Positions 9,258 through 18,700 of a DNA stretch of 64,000 nt are shown here, piece by piece. A program made the position numbers and the translations under genes. The DNA is from Eubacteriales bacterium (lineage in GTDB: Bacteria; Bacillota; Clostridia; Lachnospirales; Lachnospiraceae): positions 987 through 64,986 of the forward strand of contig JBNMLM010000001.1 in NCBI GenBank assembly GCA_050874845.1. The letters are read 5' to 3'. How positions within the stretch are numbered: the stretch's first letter is position 1; each line of letters begins with the position of its first letter. The notes beneath the pieces were generated by a model, which was not told the DNA's origin, did not search any database, and saw only the letters and a list, made by a program, of their open reading frames with translations.

Positions 9258-9794
9258 TAAAATTTCATTTGATGCGCCTGTTTTTTGCCTTTTTTGTCAG
9301 TGTTAATAAGAAGGACAAGTTTTCCTCCTTCATCAGTACATTGACAATCGAATAGACAGCACAACAGGTACATAACCCATGTACGAGCGAATATGAAACG
9401 CCGCGAAGATGGAGCAGTCAGGGAGGTGATGAAAAGACTTCTTCGGAGCGATCTACGATTTCATAAAACGGATTGTGGCAGATTCGGCGCGATGACTGCA
9501 TGGGGGCTTAAAGATACTTCCTCACGGCCCGCCAAAGACTTGGGGGGAACCCTGCGGCACACGATACGAACGATGCTGCGGAGTTATGACAGCCGCGCCA
9601 GCGGAGACCTGTTGTGTTCCCATCGTCAGGGGGCGTGGCAAATGTGACGAAAGCTGAGTTTTATAAATAGGAAGCGTTTGCAGCTTCCTGTTCAAAATCA
9701 GATACCATGCGCTGGCAGTTTCGGCTGCCAGCGTATTCATGTGGCTTTGAACAAATACGATGACAAACTTGACAGATTGGAGGAAATATGCTTT

Positions 9795-10025
9795 ATGGAA
9801 AAACTTATTACACGAAAAGAAGCAGCAGAAATTTTAGGTATCAGCATTGCAACGCTGGACGCGGCCCGTAACAATGGTCTTATTTCTTATGTGCAATATG
9901 TGCAGAATGGCTGTGTGTATTTTACTTCAGCGGGCCTTCAGGAGTATATCGCAAAATGCACCCACAGAGCAAAGCCGGCAGAAAAGAACGCAACTTATCG
10001 TAGACCTCGCAGAGCTGGAGTGTGA
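9795..10025 (+). CDS. Excisionase-like helix-turn-helix protein
   Basis: ITRKEAAEILGISIATLDAARNNG HTH motif, located directly upstream of the integrase. Confidence 0.65.
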   Translation: MEKLITRKEAAEILGISIATLDAARNNGLISYVQYVQNGCVYFTSAGLQEYIAKCTHRAKPAEKNATYRRPRRAGV

Positions 10026-10109
10026 GTCGATCCGTATCCTTGCTGGAAACGGAATGGTCTGATAAAACATAGATACAGCGCTGGAGTATATTTTTAGGAG
10101 GTGGCGGAA

Positions 10110-11330
10110 TTGGCAAAAAGAAAAAGAGCAATTCCACAATACGGTACAGTTACGCTTAACGGCATAGATTATTATAGAACGCGGGTTCAGAACGCAGATG
10201 GAAAACTGGTGGCCCTTTATGCGAGAACACCGGAAGAATTATATGATAAAGAGTTGGGAGCATTAGAGCAGATCGACAACGATACATTCTGTCGGAAATC
10301 CCCGACGGTTGCAGACTACTGTGAAAAATGGCTTTTGATGCAGTCGGTTCATGTGAGGGCAACCACGCTGATAGATTATACCTCAAAGGTCAGACGGCAC
10401 ATTATAAAAGAACTGGGACAGATGCGGATGGCAGATGTGACACTGGATGACATTCAGCTTGCACTTGTTCCTGTTTCCGAGAAGTCCGCTTCGGTATATA
10501 AGTCAGTGGTTATCCTGTATAAATCCATTTTCCGTGCAGCAAAGGAAAGTAAGATTATTGATAACAACCCAACGACTTACCTTACAGCCAAAGGTGGAGG
10601 CGTTCCGCAGAAGGACAAAGCTGCATTGACGGATGAACAGGCCGCCAGACTGCTGGATGCCATTCAGGGACTTCCGCCGTATGTATTTGTCATGTTAGGG
10701 CTGTATGCAGGATTGCGGCGAGAAGAAATTCTTGCCCTAAAATGGGATTCTGTATATCTGGATGTGGATTGCCCTTATTTAACGGTACGCAGGGCATGGC
10801 ACACGGAAAATAACAGACCGGTGATTCTGGATGAGCTGAAAACGAAAGCCGCGCATCGAAATATTCCGTTGCCGGTTTGCCTGGCGGACTGTCTGAAAGA
10901 GACAAAAGCTAATTCACAGTCAGAATATGTGGTGCCGAACCGGGATGGTAATCCGTTGTCCTATACACAGTTCAAGCGGCTCTGGCAGTACATTGTAACC
11001 CGAACAGTCAAGGAGCGTTTCTATTATCGCTACGAGGATGGAAAGCGTGTAAAGCACACGGTTACGCCAGTCCTCGGTGAAAAGGCAGCGCATAACGGCA
11101 AAGTGATTTACAGTTTGGATTTTGAAGTGACACCGCATCAGCTGCGGCATACATACATTACGAATCTGATTCATTCGTCCGTGGACCCGAAAACGGTTCA
11201 ATACCTGGCGGGGCATGAGAGTAGTAAAATTACGATGGATATTTACGCAAAGGTTAAATACAACAGACCGGATGAGCTGGTAAGAACAATGGGTGGTGCA
11301 TTTGCCCAGTGGGATGCAGCACAGGCATAA
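10110..11330 (+). CDS. Tyrosine-type site-specific integrase (copy 1)
   Basis: Catalytic signature GLRREE, HQLRHTY, GH and MDIYAK. A TTG start at 10110 sits 8 nt after AGGAGG and aligns with the N-terminus of copy 2. Confidence 0.9.
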   Translation: MAKRKRAIPQYGTVTLNGIDYYRTRVQNADGKLVALYARTPEELYDKELGALEQIDNDTFCRKSPTVADYCEKWLLMQSVHVRATTLIDYTSKVRRHIIKELGQMRMADVTLDDIQLALVPVSEKSASVYKSVVILYKSIFRAAKESKIIDNNPTTYLTAKGGGVPQKDKAALTDEQAARLLDAIQGLPPYVFVMLGLYAGLRREEILALKWDSVYLDVDCPYLTVRRAWHTENNRPVILDELKTKAAHRNIPLPVCLADCLKETKANSQSEYVVPNRDGNPLSYTQFKRLWQYIVTRTVKERFYYRYEDGKRVKHTVTPVLGEKAAHNGKVIYSLDFEVTPHQLRHTYITNLIHSSVDPKTVQYLAGHESSKITMDIYAKVKYNRPDELVRTMGGAFAQWDAAQA

Positions 11331-11481
11331 CAATTATAAAGAGTAGAAAACGAAGCAGGAGCGAGGCAAGGATGTCTCGCTCTTTGTTTTACATAATCCG
11401 TATCTTTGATTAAGTTGATGCTTTCTGATAAAAAGAAGGTGTGAATGAAAGAACACTCATTATCAGGAAAGGAAGATTTGT

Positions 11482-12723
11482 ATGGCTAAGAAAAAACAAA
11501 GCGTTCCAGAGTACGGAACGGTTACAAGAAAAGGAACACTGTATTACAGAACCAGAATTACAGATGCCGATGGAAAGCAGGTCAGCTTATATGCGACCAC
11601 CTGTGAAGAATTATATGAAAAGCAGTTGGAGGCTCGGAGACAGGTGGATGAGATCATCTTTCACCGAGAGCATCCAACGGTTGCCGAGTATTGTGAGAAA
11701 TGGCTGCTGATGCAGTCAGCAAAGGTGTCTACGGCTACTATAAAAGGATACAGACAGAATATGAAGAATTATGTCATTAGCTCTCTGGGAGATATGTATA
11801 TGGAGGAAGTGACTGCGGATGATATTCGTCTGGCGCTTGTTCCGCTGTCTCAAAAATCGAAAGGACTGTATGATACGGTAAATATGCTGATTAAGTGTGT
11901 GTTTTATTCGGCAGAGCGCAGTCAGCTGATAACCGATAATCCATGTGTGGGAATTTCAGCAAAGGGCGGAAAAGCATCGAAAAAGAAAGATGCCTTAACA
12001 GATCAACAGGTTGCTGTTCTGCTGGATACGGTGAAAGAGCTTCCGCCATATCTTTTTATTATGATTGGTTTGTATTCCGGCTTGCGTCGGGAAGAAATTC
12101 TTGCATTGCAATGGGATTGTGTATTCCTGGATGAATCCACACCATACATTTCCGTGAGACGTGCATGGCGCGCGGAGCATAACAGGCCGGTGATTTCTAC
12201 CGTTCTAAAGACAAAAGCAGCTAAAAGGGACATTCCCATTCCGAAGTGCCTGGTGGACTGCCTGCGGGAAGCAAAAGCCAATTCCGTATCGGAGTATGTG
12301 ATTGCGGACAGTGAGGGACAGCCGCTTTCCTATTCTCAGTTTACGAGAGTTTGGCAGTATGTAGTTGTTCGTTCTGCGAAAGAGAGAACTTACTATAAAT
12401 ATGTGAATGGACAGAGCATCAAATATACTGTCAAGCCGACATTAGGAACAATGCAGAGGAACAATCCCAAGATTCGCTATACCCTGAATTTCGATGTAAC
12501 ACCGCACTTGTTGCGGCATACCTACATCACGAATCTGCTCTATGCGGGCGTTGACCCTAAGACAGTTCAGTACCTGGCAGGGCATGAGAATAGTAAGACA
12601 ACTATGGACATTTACGCGAGGGTCAAGTATAATAAACCAGAGGAACTTTTCGAGGTAGTGAATGATGCTTTGAACCAGGAGAATTTCGATGAAAAATCAC
12701 CGATTTCCATGGTTAAGGAATAG
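11482..12723 (+). CDS. Tyrosine-type site-specific integrase (copy 2, paralog of copy 1)
   Basis: Full-length alignment to copy 1 at roughly 60% identity by eye. The same catalytic residues are present (GLRREE, HLLRHTY, MDIYAR). Confidence 0.9.
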   Translation: MAKKKQSVPEYGTVTRKGTLYYRTRITDADGKQVSLYATTCEELYEKQLEARRQVDEIIFHREHPTVAEYCEKWLLMQSAKVSTATIKGYRQNMKNYVISSLGDMYMEEVTADDIRLALVPLSQKSKGLYDTVNMLIKCVFYSAERSQLITDNPCVGISAKGGKASKKKDALTDQQVAVLLDTVKELPPYLFIMIGLYSGLRREEILALQWDCVFLDESTPYISVRRAWRAEHNRPVISTVLKTKAAKRDIPIPKCLVDCLREAKANSVSEYVIADSEGQPLSYSQFTRVWQYVVVRSAKERTYYKYVNGQSIKYTVKPTLGTMQRNNPKIRYTLNFDVTPHLLRHTYITNLLYAGVDPKTVQYLAGHENSKTTMDIYARVKYNKPEELFEVVNDALNQENFDEKSPISMVKE

Positions 12724-12876
12724 GACAACCGACAACAGAAAATGCGAAAAAGCCCGTAATATCAAGGAAAAACGCACCATAGAGATGTTTAATACGGCTT
12801 AAAGGCAGCTCGTCGTGCTCCACAGTTCTCAAAGAGATAATTTTTGCGTATGCTACAGGCAGCGTAATGATAAAAA

Positions 12877-12917
12877 GAGAGAGTCGATACAAGGTTACTT
12901 GTACGGCTCTCTTTTTT
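12877..12917 (+). terminator. Rho-independent terminator downstream of integrase 2
   Basis: Stem GAGAGTCGATACAAG/CTTGTACGGCTCTC followed by T6. Confidence 0.6.
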
Positions 12918-13073
12918 GTGCTTGTGAGTGTGAAAATAAGAACGTAATTTAATGTTACAGAATGTTATATATTCATTTTAGGATTTTGATTCGTGGGTGG
13001 TTTTAATTACCATTTGACATCAATGCGAAATATAACTATTCTAATTGTATGAATATTATACGGAGGGATAAGT

Positions 13074-13784
13074 ATGACGCAAAGGGAGCAGGTTTATATT
13101 ACAATGGAAAAGAATGGGGGATATGCCACTTTTCAGCAATTAAATAGGTTGGTTGATACATCTGAGTGGGGAACAAAAACGCCTGATGCTACCATTAGAA
13201 AAATTGTTCAACAAAGTGATGATTTTATCAAAATAAAGCCGGGCTTATGGGCACTAAAAAAATATAAAGAAAAAGTATTGCAGCAGTTAGGAGTTGAGCT
13301 TGATAATATTGAATCTGATAAGAGATTTACACATTCTTTTTATCAGGGAATGGTAGTTGAGATAGGAAATAACAAACATTATAATACATATGTTCCGGCA
13401 CAAGATAAGAATAAAAATTTTTTGGAAATGAAGCTGAGTGAAATAGTAACACTGAACTCTATGCCTAATTTTACATACGATACTTTACTTCGCCGCGCAA
13501 GGACAGTGGACGTTGTATGGTTTAATGAACGTCAAATGCCCTGCGGTTTTTATGAGATTGAACATACAACGGACATAAAAAATTCGCTAAGTAAGTTTTA
13601 TGAATTGCAGGATTTCAGAGCAGATTTTGTTATTATTGCAGATGAAAAAAGAAGAGAACAGTTTAACGATATAATGTCTTTCTCAATGTATGAACCGATA
13701 AGAAGGTTTGTAAAATTTGTTTCGTATGATAATTTGGAAAGGCAGTATGCAAAAGAGAAAATTGTGTTGACAGAGTTACTCTAG
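13074..13784 (+). CDS. HARE-HTH-like winged-helix N-domain fused to a candidate PD-(D/E)xK-type nuclease-fold C-domain; function unknown
   Basis: The N-terminus (GGYATFQQL...ATIRKIVQQSDDFIKIKPGLWALKKY) resembles the HARE-HTH/RpoE-delta N-domain. The C-half has VDVVWF...FYEIEHTTD. GGAGGG RBS. The gene is AT-rich. Confidence 0.55.
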   Translation: MTQREQVYITMEKNGGYATFQQLNRLVDTSEWGTKTPDATIRKIVQQSDDFIKIKPGLWALKKYKEKVLQQLGVELDNIESDKRFTHSFYQGMVVEIGNNKHYNTYVPAQDKNKNFLEMKLSEIVTLNSMPNFTYDTLLRRARTVDVVWFNERQMPCGFYEIEHTTDIKNSLSKFYELQDFRADFVIIADEKRREQFNDIMSFSMYEPIRRFVKFVSYDNLERQYAKEKIVLTELL

Positions 13785-13869
13785 TACGGCAGCATATATA
13801 ATTCCAAGAATATTGGCTTTATGTGAGTAAGAGAGTGTGATTTTATGAGGAATAAGGAATATAAATGGT

Positions 13870-13909
13870 AATAATAACCTAGACACAATATTGTGGCTAG
13901 GTTATTATT
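13870..13909. terminator. 20-bp-arm palindrome between convergent genes (bidirectional terminator candidate)
   Basis: AATAATAACCTAGACACAAT / ATTGTGGCTAGGTTATTATT. Confidence 0.5.
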
Positions 13910-13963
13910 CAAGCTCATATAGTATTTTGTGATGCTGTATAATAAAATATATCTAACACCCTA

Positions 13964-14308
13964 TCAAAAATTCCCCCCATTCCATCCCCAGTTAGAAACA
14001 GCCTGATACTTCACATACACATGGTCGGGTGCTATACCAAGGACATCCTTGAAAATATTGCAGATTTCTCCGGTGAGCTTGGAGAAGGCGGCAGGGTTCT
14101 CACTGCCGAATACGCTTACATCGACCATGGCAACAGGTTCGGCGTTGCTTCCTCTGAAATAGAGCTTGTAGTCCGGCTCAAAGCCGACCATGAGCCAGCT
14201 TTCCGACTTGCCGGGAATCAGTTCTATGGCTTTTCCAAAACGTGTTTTGAGTTCTTTCTCCTGCGTATCAGTGATTGAAACGCTGATTTTTGAATTGATA
14301 AATGGCAT
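13964..14308 (-). CDS. MIF/phenylpyruvate-tautomerase-family protein
   Basis: Starts with Met-Pro (catalytic Pro1). The overall pattern MPF...GKS...PD...GS.EP...PD.VYV.Y...GWNG.NF aligns to the MIF family. AAGAGG RBS precedes the ATG at 14308. Confidence 0.75.
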   Translation of the reverse strand: MPFINSKISVSITDTQEKELKTRFGKAIELIPGKSESWLMVGFEPDYKLYFRGSNAEPVAMVDVSVFGSENPAAFSKLTGEICNIFKDVLGIAPDHVYVKYQAVSNWGWNGGNF

Positions 14309-14358
14309 ATTGACCTCTTTTCCGTGCACAGGGCACTATAATTTTATAACAAGATGTT

Positions 14359-14650
14359 GGGGGCAAAACATACTAGCTTAACGTAAGAGTGTATAACGTA
14401 TTATATTTATGCATATCAGCTCCATTGCCCGAAGCAAGATGTTCTAAGAACTCTGATAAAGGTATTGTATACGTTCGCCACCGAAGCAAAGCATACATCC
14501 GTGTATGCATTGCTTCTAAAGCAGCCTCCGTGCTGCTTTTGGCTAGGGACTTAGCAGAGCTCTAAGAACATCTAAGCTTCTCCCCAAAGTCGTGATATGC
14601 ATAAATATAATACGTTATACACGCTAAGTTTATAGAGCATGTTTTGCCCC
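14359..14650 (+). repeat. Nested-palindrome intergenic element, copy 1 (MITE-like or structured RNA)
   Basis: About 90% identical to copies at 20798-21103 (inverted) and 30882-31176. It has terminal, subterminal and internal inverted repeats plus two central hairpins. Confidence 0.85.
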
Positions 14651-14673
14651 AAACATCATAACAAAGAAAATAA

Positions 14674-15522
14674 TTATTTTTGCATTCCACGAAATTCAGT
14701 TGGCGTAATTCCCTCCGATTTCTTGAAAAGTGAACAAAAGTAGCTCAGGTCATTAAAGCCTGTGCTTGACGCAATCTCCTTCAGGGTCATTTCTTTTGAC
14801 GATAGAAGGAGGTTTTTTGCTTTGCTTATGCGGTAGCTGGTTATGTATTCGACAGGCCGCAGGTGATAGGTCTTTTTGAACAGGCGGCATAGGTGCTGTG
14901 GTGACATCTGCGCAATGCCGGCGAGTGTGGTTAGCGGAATGTCGTTTGGATAATGCTCCTCTATATAAGCGATGACCTTGGATAGCTGGGCTGCCTTCGT
15001 ATCATGCGGGTTCGAATTTTCTCTATTATCGCAGATACATTCGGGATATTCAAGCAGAAAGTGGTATAGATGGAGTGCCACTTCATTGTTGTTGAGCAGT
15101 CCACTCTGCTCCGCTGATGTGTAAAGGGTGTTGAAAAGATACATCAGGCGGTCGAATGAGCGGATATAGAACAGCTTGTGCGTTGTGAAGCTGGCAAGCT
15201 GTGGGAGCATATCGCAGCAGGCGCCGGAAAAACGCACCCAGTAGGTCGACCATGGCTCCTTGACGGCGTGGTATTCGTGTGCGACATCAGGCTTTAGCAG
15301 GACGCCCATACCTGCGGTAATGTGGTATTCGTTCCCATCAACGGTGAACAGCCCCTCACCGGCTGCGCAGTAGAGAAACTGGTAGTCTGGCAGACCATTT
15401 GCCCTGATGCAGGGGTGCTGGTTTACCAGTGAACCGATGTGTACGAGGTAAAATGGGTAATCGGGGAGCTTGTTTGTATTTATCAGGAAAAGCATTTTAT
15501 CAGTGACGTCTATATTTTTCAT
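14674..15522 (-). CDS. AraC-family transcriptional regulator (cupin sensor + HTH)
   Basis: C-terminal AraC HTH (LTTLAGIAQMSPQHLCRLFKK..., FNDLSYFCSLFKK). The start is taken at MKNIDV (15522); the longer ORF-track start lies in the divergent promoter region. Confidence 0.85.
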   Translation of the reverse strand: MKNIDVTDKMLFLINTNKLPDYPFYLVHIGSLVNQHPCIRANGLPDYQFLYCAAGEGLFTVDGNEYHITAGMGVLLKPDVAHEYHAVKEPWSTYWVRFSGACCDMLPQLASFTTHKLFYIRSFDRLMYLFNTLYTSAEQSGLLNNNEVALHLYHFLLEYPECICDNRENSNPHDTKAAQLSKVIAYIEEHYPNDIPLTTLAGIAQMSPQHLCRLFKKTYHLRPVEYITSYRISKAKNLLLSSKEMTLKEIASSTGFNDLSYFCSLFKKSEGITPTEFRGMQK

Positions 15523-15760
15523 TATGTTCAAATCCTTATATAACAGCAAAATCCTTAGATTGAAAAAAACGTGATTGCGTATATGATGAAATTGTAGAGC
15601 GGTGACAATATATTTTAATACGCAATCAGAAATTTGGTTGTCTTTATTTAACATGTTATATCAAAAAAACAGCAATTACAAGGGATATGACATAAAAGGT
15701 TATATTTTAGGCGATTATGAAATTCAATATGAGAATTTAGGATATGGAGGGCAAGAAAAT

Positions 15761-18700
15761 ATGAAGCGAAAAATATGCCTGAACGATGGCTGGCAGTTCC
15801 TTGAAAAGGAGTACAGCGAAGAAAATCTACAATGTCCGGATGGGGAGTATGAGCCGGTAAAGCTTCCGCACGATTATCTGATTTACGATGTGAAGAATCT
15901 GTACAGGGACTCTGTCGGCTGGTATAAGAGGTCGCTTAAGTACGTGCCGGATGGGCTTGAGAGAGTGCTCTTTTTTGAGGGTGTCTACATGGATTCGGAG
16001 GTGTTTGTCAACGGCAGGTCGGCAGGCACATGGAAGTACGGCTATTCATCCTTTGAGGTGGATATAACGCCGTATCTTGAGGCGGGCGATAATGAGCTTC
16101 TTGTGAGGGTTGTGCACCGGTCGCCGAACAGCAGATGGTATTCGGGTGCGGGAATATACAGGAGTGTGTATCTGATAGAGCGCGAAAGCACGCACATAGA
16201 GCCATTCGGATTGTACATAACGCCGGTGAAGCGCGTGGCTTCGGATACATGGGATGTAGATGTTGAGGTGGAGATTGCGCAGGGCGCGGATGGGGAGAAG
16301 CCGTTTGACTCTATAAGATATATCATCACGCAGAAGGCCGGAAAGCATGATACACAGAGCAATGTGAAGGATTCTTCATGTATTATATTTAATCAGTTAA
16401 TCGGTGAAAAAAGCAATACATACCGCCATAACTTCGAAATAACAGCACCCCAACTATGGGACATATATTGCGGAAATCTCTATGAACTCAGTGTAGAGCT
16501 TATCAGGGCAGGAGAGGTTTTCGACTATGAGCAGTCGGTGTTTGGTTTCAGGACAATAGAGATAGATTCCGATAAGGGTTTCTTTTTAAACGGAAGACAT
16601 GTGAAGATAAAGGGCTCTTGTGAGCACCACGGCTTTGGCTGCCTGGGAGCGGCGGTCAACAAGTCGGCGGTGAGAAGAAAGCTTGAGGGCTTAAAACGGA
16701 TGGGCGTAAATGCCATAAGGACGGCGCACAATATGCCTTCGGTTGAGTTTATGGAGCTGGCGGATGAGATGGGATTTCTTGTCGACTCAGAGGCATTCGA
16801 CATGTGGGGGCATACAAAGACAACGTATGACTACGGAAGATTTTTTGCGGAGAGTGCGAAGAAGGATGTGGCTAGCTGGATAAGGCGCGACAGGAACCAC
16901 CCAAGTATTATCATGTGGAGTGTCGGGAACGAGATATATGATATGCATGCGGGGGACGAAGGGCTGGCAGAGCTTAGTATGCTGTTGGTGGAGGTTAAAA
17001 AGCATGACCCGCGAAAACACGCTTTCACTACATTTGCCTCCAACTATATGAGGTGGGAAAACACGCAGAAATGTGCCGGTCTGGTCGACGCTGTGGGCTA
17101 CAACTATGGGGAATATCTCTATGAGGAGCACCACGCAAAGCACCCGGACTGGGTGATATACGGAAGCGAGACGTCATCAATGCTTGCGAGCAGGGGAGTG
17201 TATCATTTTCCTATAGAGACAAGTACTTTATGTGATACAGATGAGCAGTGTTCGGCACTTGGTAACTGCAGTGCTGGATGGGGCGCGCACAGCTATACGG
17301 ACAACATAATTGCGGACAGGGACGCCGGGTTCAGTCTTGGACAGTTTATCTGGGCGGGAGTTGATTACTTTGGCGAGCCGACACCGTATCACACGCGCAA
17401 CAGCTATTTCGGGCAGATGGACACGGCAGGGTTTGAGAAGGATTCCTACTATATTTATCAGGCGGAATGGACGTCCTTTAAGGAAAATCCTATGGTTCAT
17501 GTTTTTCCGCACTGGGACTTCAATCCGGGGCAGGTGGTCGATGTGTGCGTGTGCTCCAATGCCCCGGTAGCGGAACTGTTTGTAAACGGAGTGAGCATGG
17601 GAAGAAAAACAATTGACCACGCGCATGGCACGGAGCTTGTGCCGCACTGGAAGGTAACTTATGAAAAGGGATATGTTGAGGCTGTCGCGTATGATGAAGC
17701 CGGAAATGAGCTTGCAAGACAGATGAGACATTCATTTTCCGATGCGGACAGACTTGTAATTGAGGCAGACAGGCGGCAGATGAAAAATCAATATGGTGAG
17801 CTGATTTTTGTAGAGATAGGAGCGTTTGATAAGGACGGTTATACCGTCGATAATGCCAACAACCGCGTTGAGATAAAGGTGACGGGAGCAGGGCGGCTTG
17901 TTGGATTGGACAACGGCGACAGCACGGATTTTGACCAGGTCAAGGCTTCGTCGAGGAGACTTTTTGGCGGAAAGCTGTTGGCAGTCATTGCGCCTGTTGA
18001 AGGTATGGTCGGGAACATAACTGTGACAGCGGAGGCGGAAGGACTTCAGGCGGCTTCAATTGATTTATGCGTTACAGATGATAAAAATATGCGTGACGAA
18101 TACTTAGTGCAGAGTTGTATATGCACAGACAAAAATAATATGGCAGAGGATATGTCCGGAAACAGTTTTCAGCTTTCCGAAGACGCTGAGAAGCGAAATC
18201 ATACCCGCAATGGCGATGGGCTGATGGATTCGGTATATTCAGAAAATGAAATTCCGATAAGAAAGGTCGAGCTTACCGCAGAGACGCTGAACTTAAGCGC
18301 GTGCAAGAGCTCAGTCAAGGTACATTGGAAGCTCTATCCTGAGAATGCCACGTACAGGGATTTGAAATGGAGCATAACCGATACCACAGGAATAGCAATC
18401 AAATCGGCGACGGTCACTCAACAGGGTGAGCCGGATGAAGTTATGATTAAAACGGAGACTGGGAAAGCACCGGATAAAATGGAGGCTGCGGAAGCACAGG
18501 TTAAAATGGAAGCCGGGGCTATGCCTAGCGAGGGCTATGTAACTGTGAGCGTCGCTGGTGACGGAGGCTTTTACCTAAGGTGCGATGCCTACAATGGACG
18601 GACGGCGGCAAGTGTCAAGTCGAGCCTTGAATTTACGGCGGATGGAATCGGTCCGGCATATCTTGACCCTTATGAGCCTGTGAGTGCGGGACTCTGCCTT

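Larger units (their letters stand above)
1..12930 (+). mobile_element. Right-hand part of an integrative conjugative/mobilizable element. Order is relaxase, cargo, sigma-like, Xis-like, then two integrases. The left end lies outside the window and the right boundary is approximate.
   Basis: Co-linear relaxase, XRE, sigma-like, excisionase-like HTH and tyrosine integrase genes. This layout resembles the regulation/recombination end of Tn916/Tn1549-superfamily elements. Composition drops to AT-rich DNA after ~12.93 kb. Confidence 0.6.

Noticed and set aside
9393-9647. An 84-aa ORF between the sigma-like and Xis-like genes.
   Set aside because: It has no Shine-Dalgarno and an Arg/Cys/Trp/Gly-rich composition typical of a random GC-rich frame. 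The region is treated as non-coding.
12724-14358. A tRNA or tmRNA gene as the integration target at the ICE boundary, and obvious att direct repeats.
   Set aside because: No tRNA-like acceptor/T-arm (GGTTCGAATCC-type) sequence was seen, and I found no convincing direct repeat by eye. The left end of the element is outside the window, so att sites cannot be defined here.
15602-15760. N-terminal extensions in the ORF track: GH2 from 15602, AraC to 15654, sigma-like from 8691, ABC ATPase from 31195, pyk to 28973, helD to 38024, and the secreted protein from 47676.
   Set aside because: The extensions run through promoter, leader or upstream-gene sequence, lack an RBS, and add no homologous residues. 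Internal starts with good RBS spacing were chosen instead.
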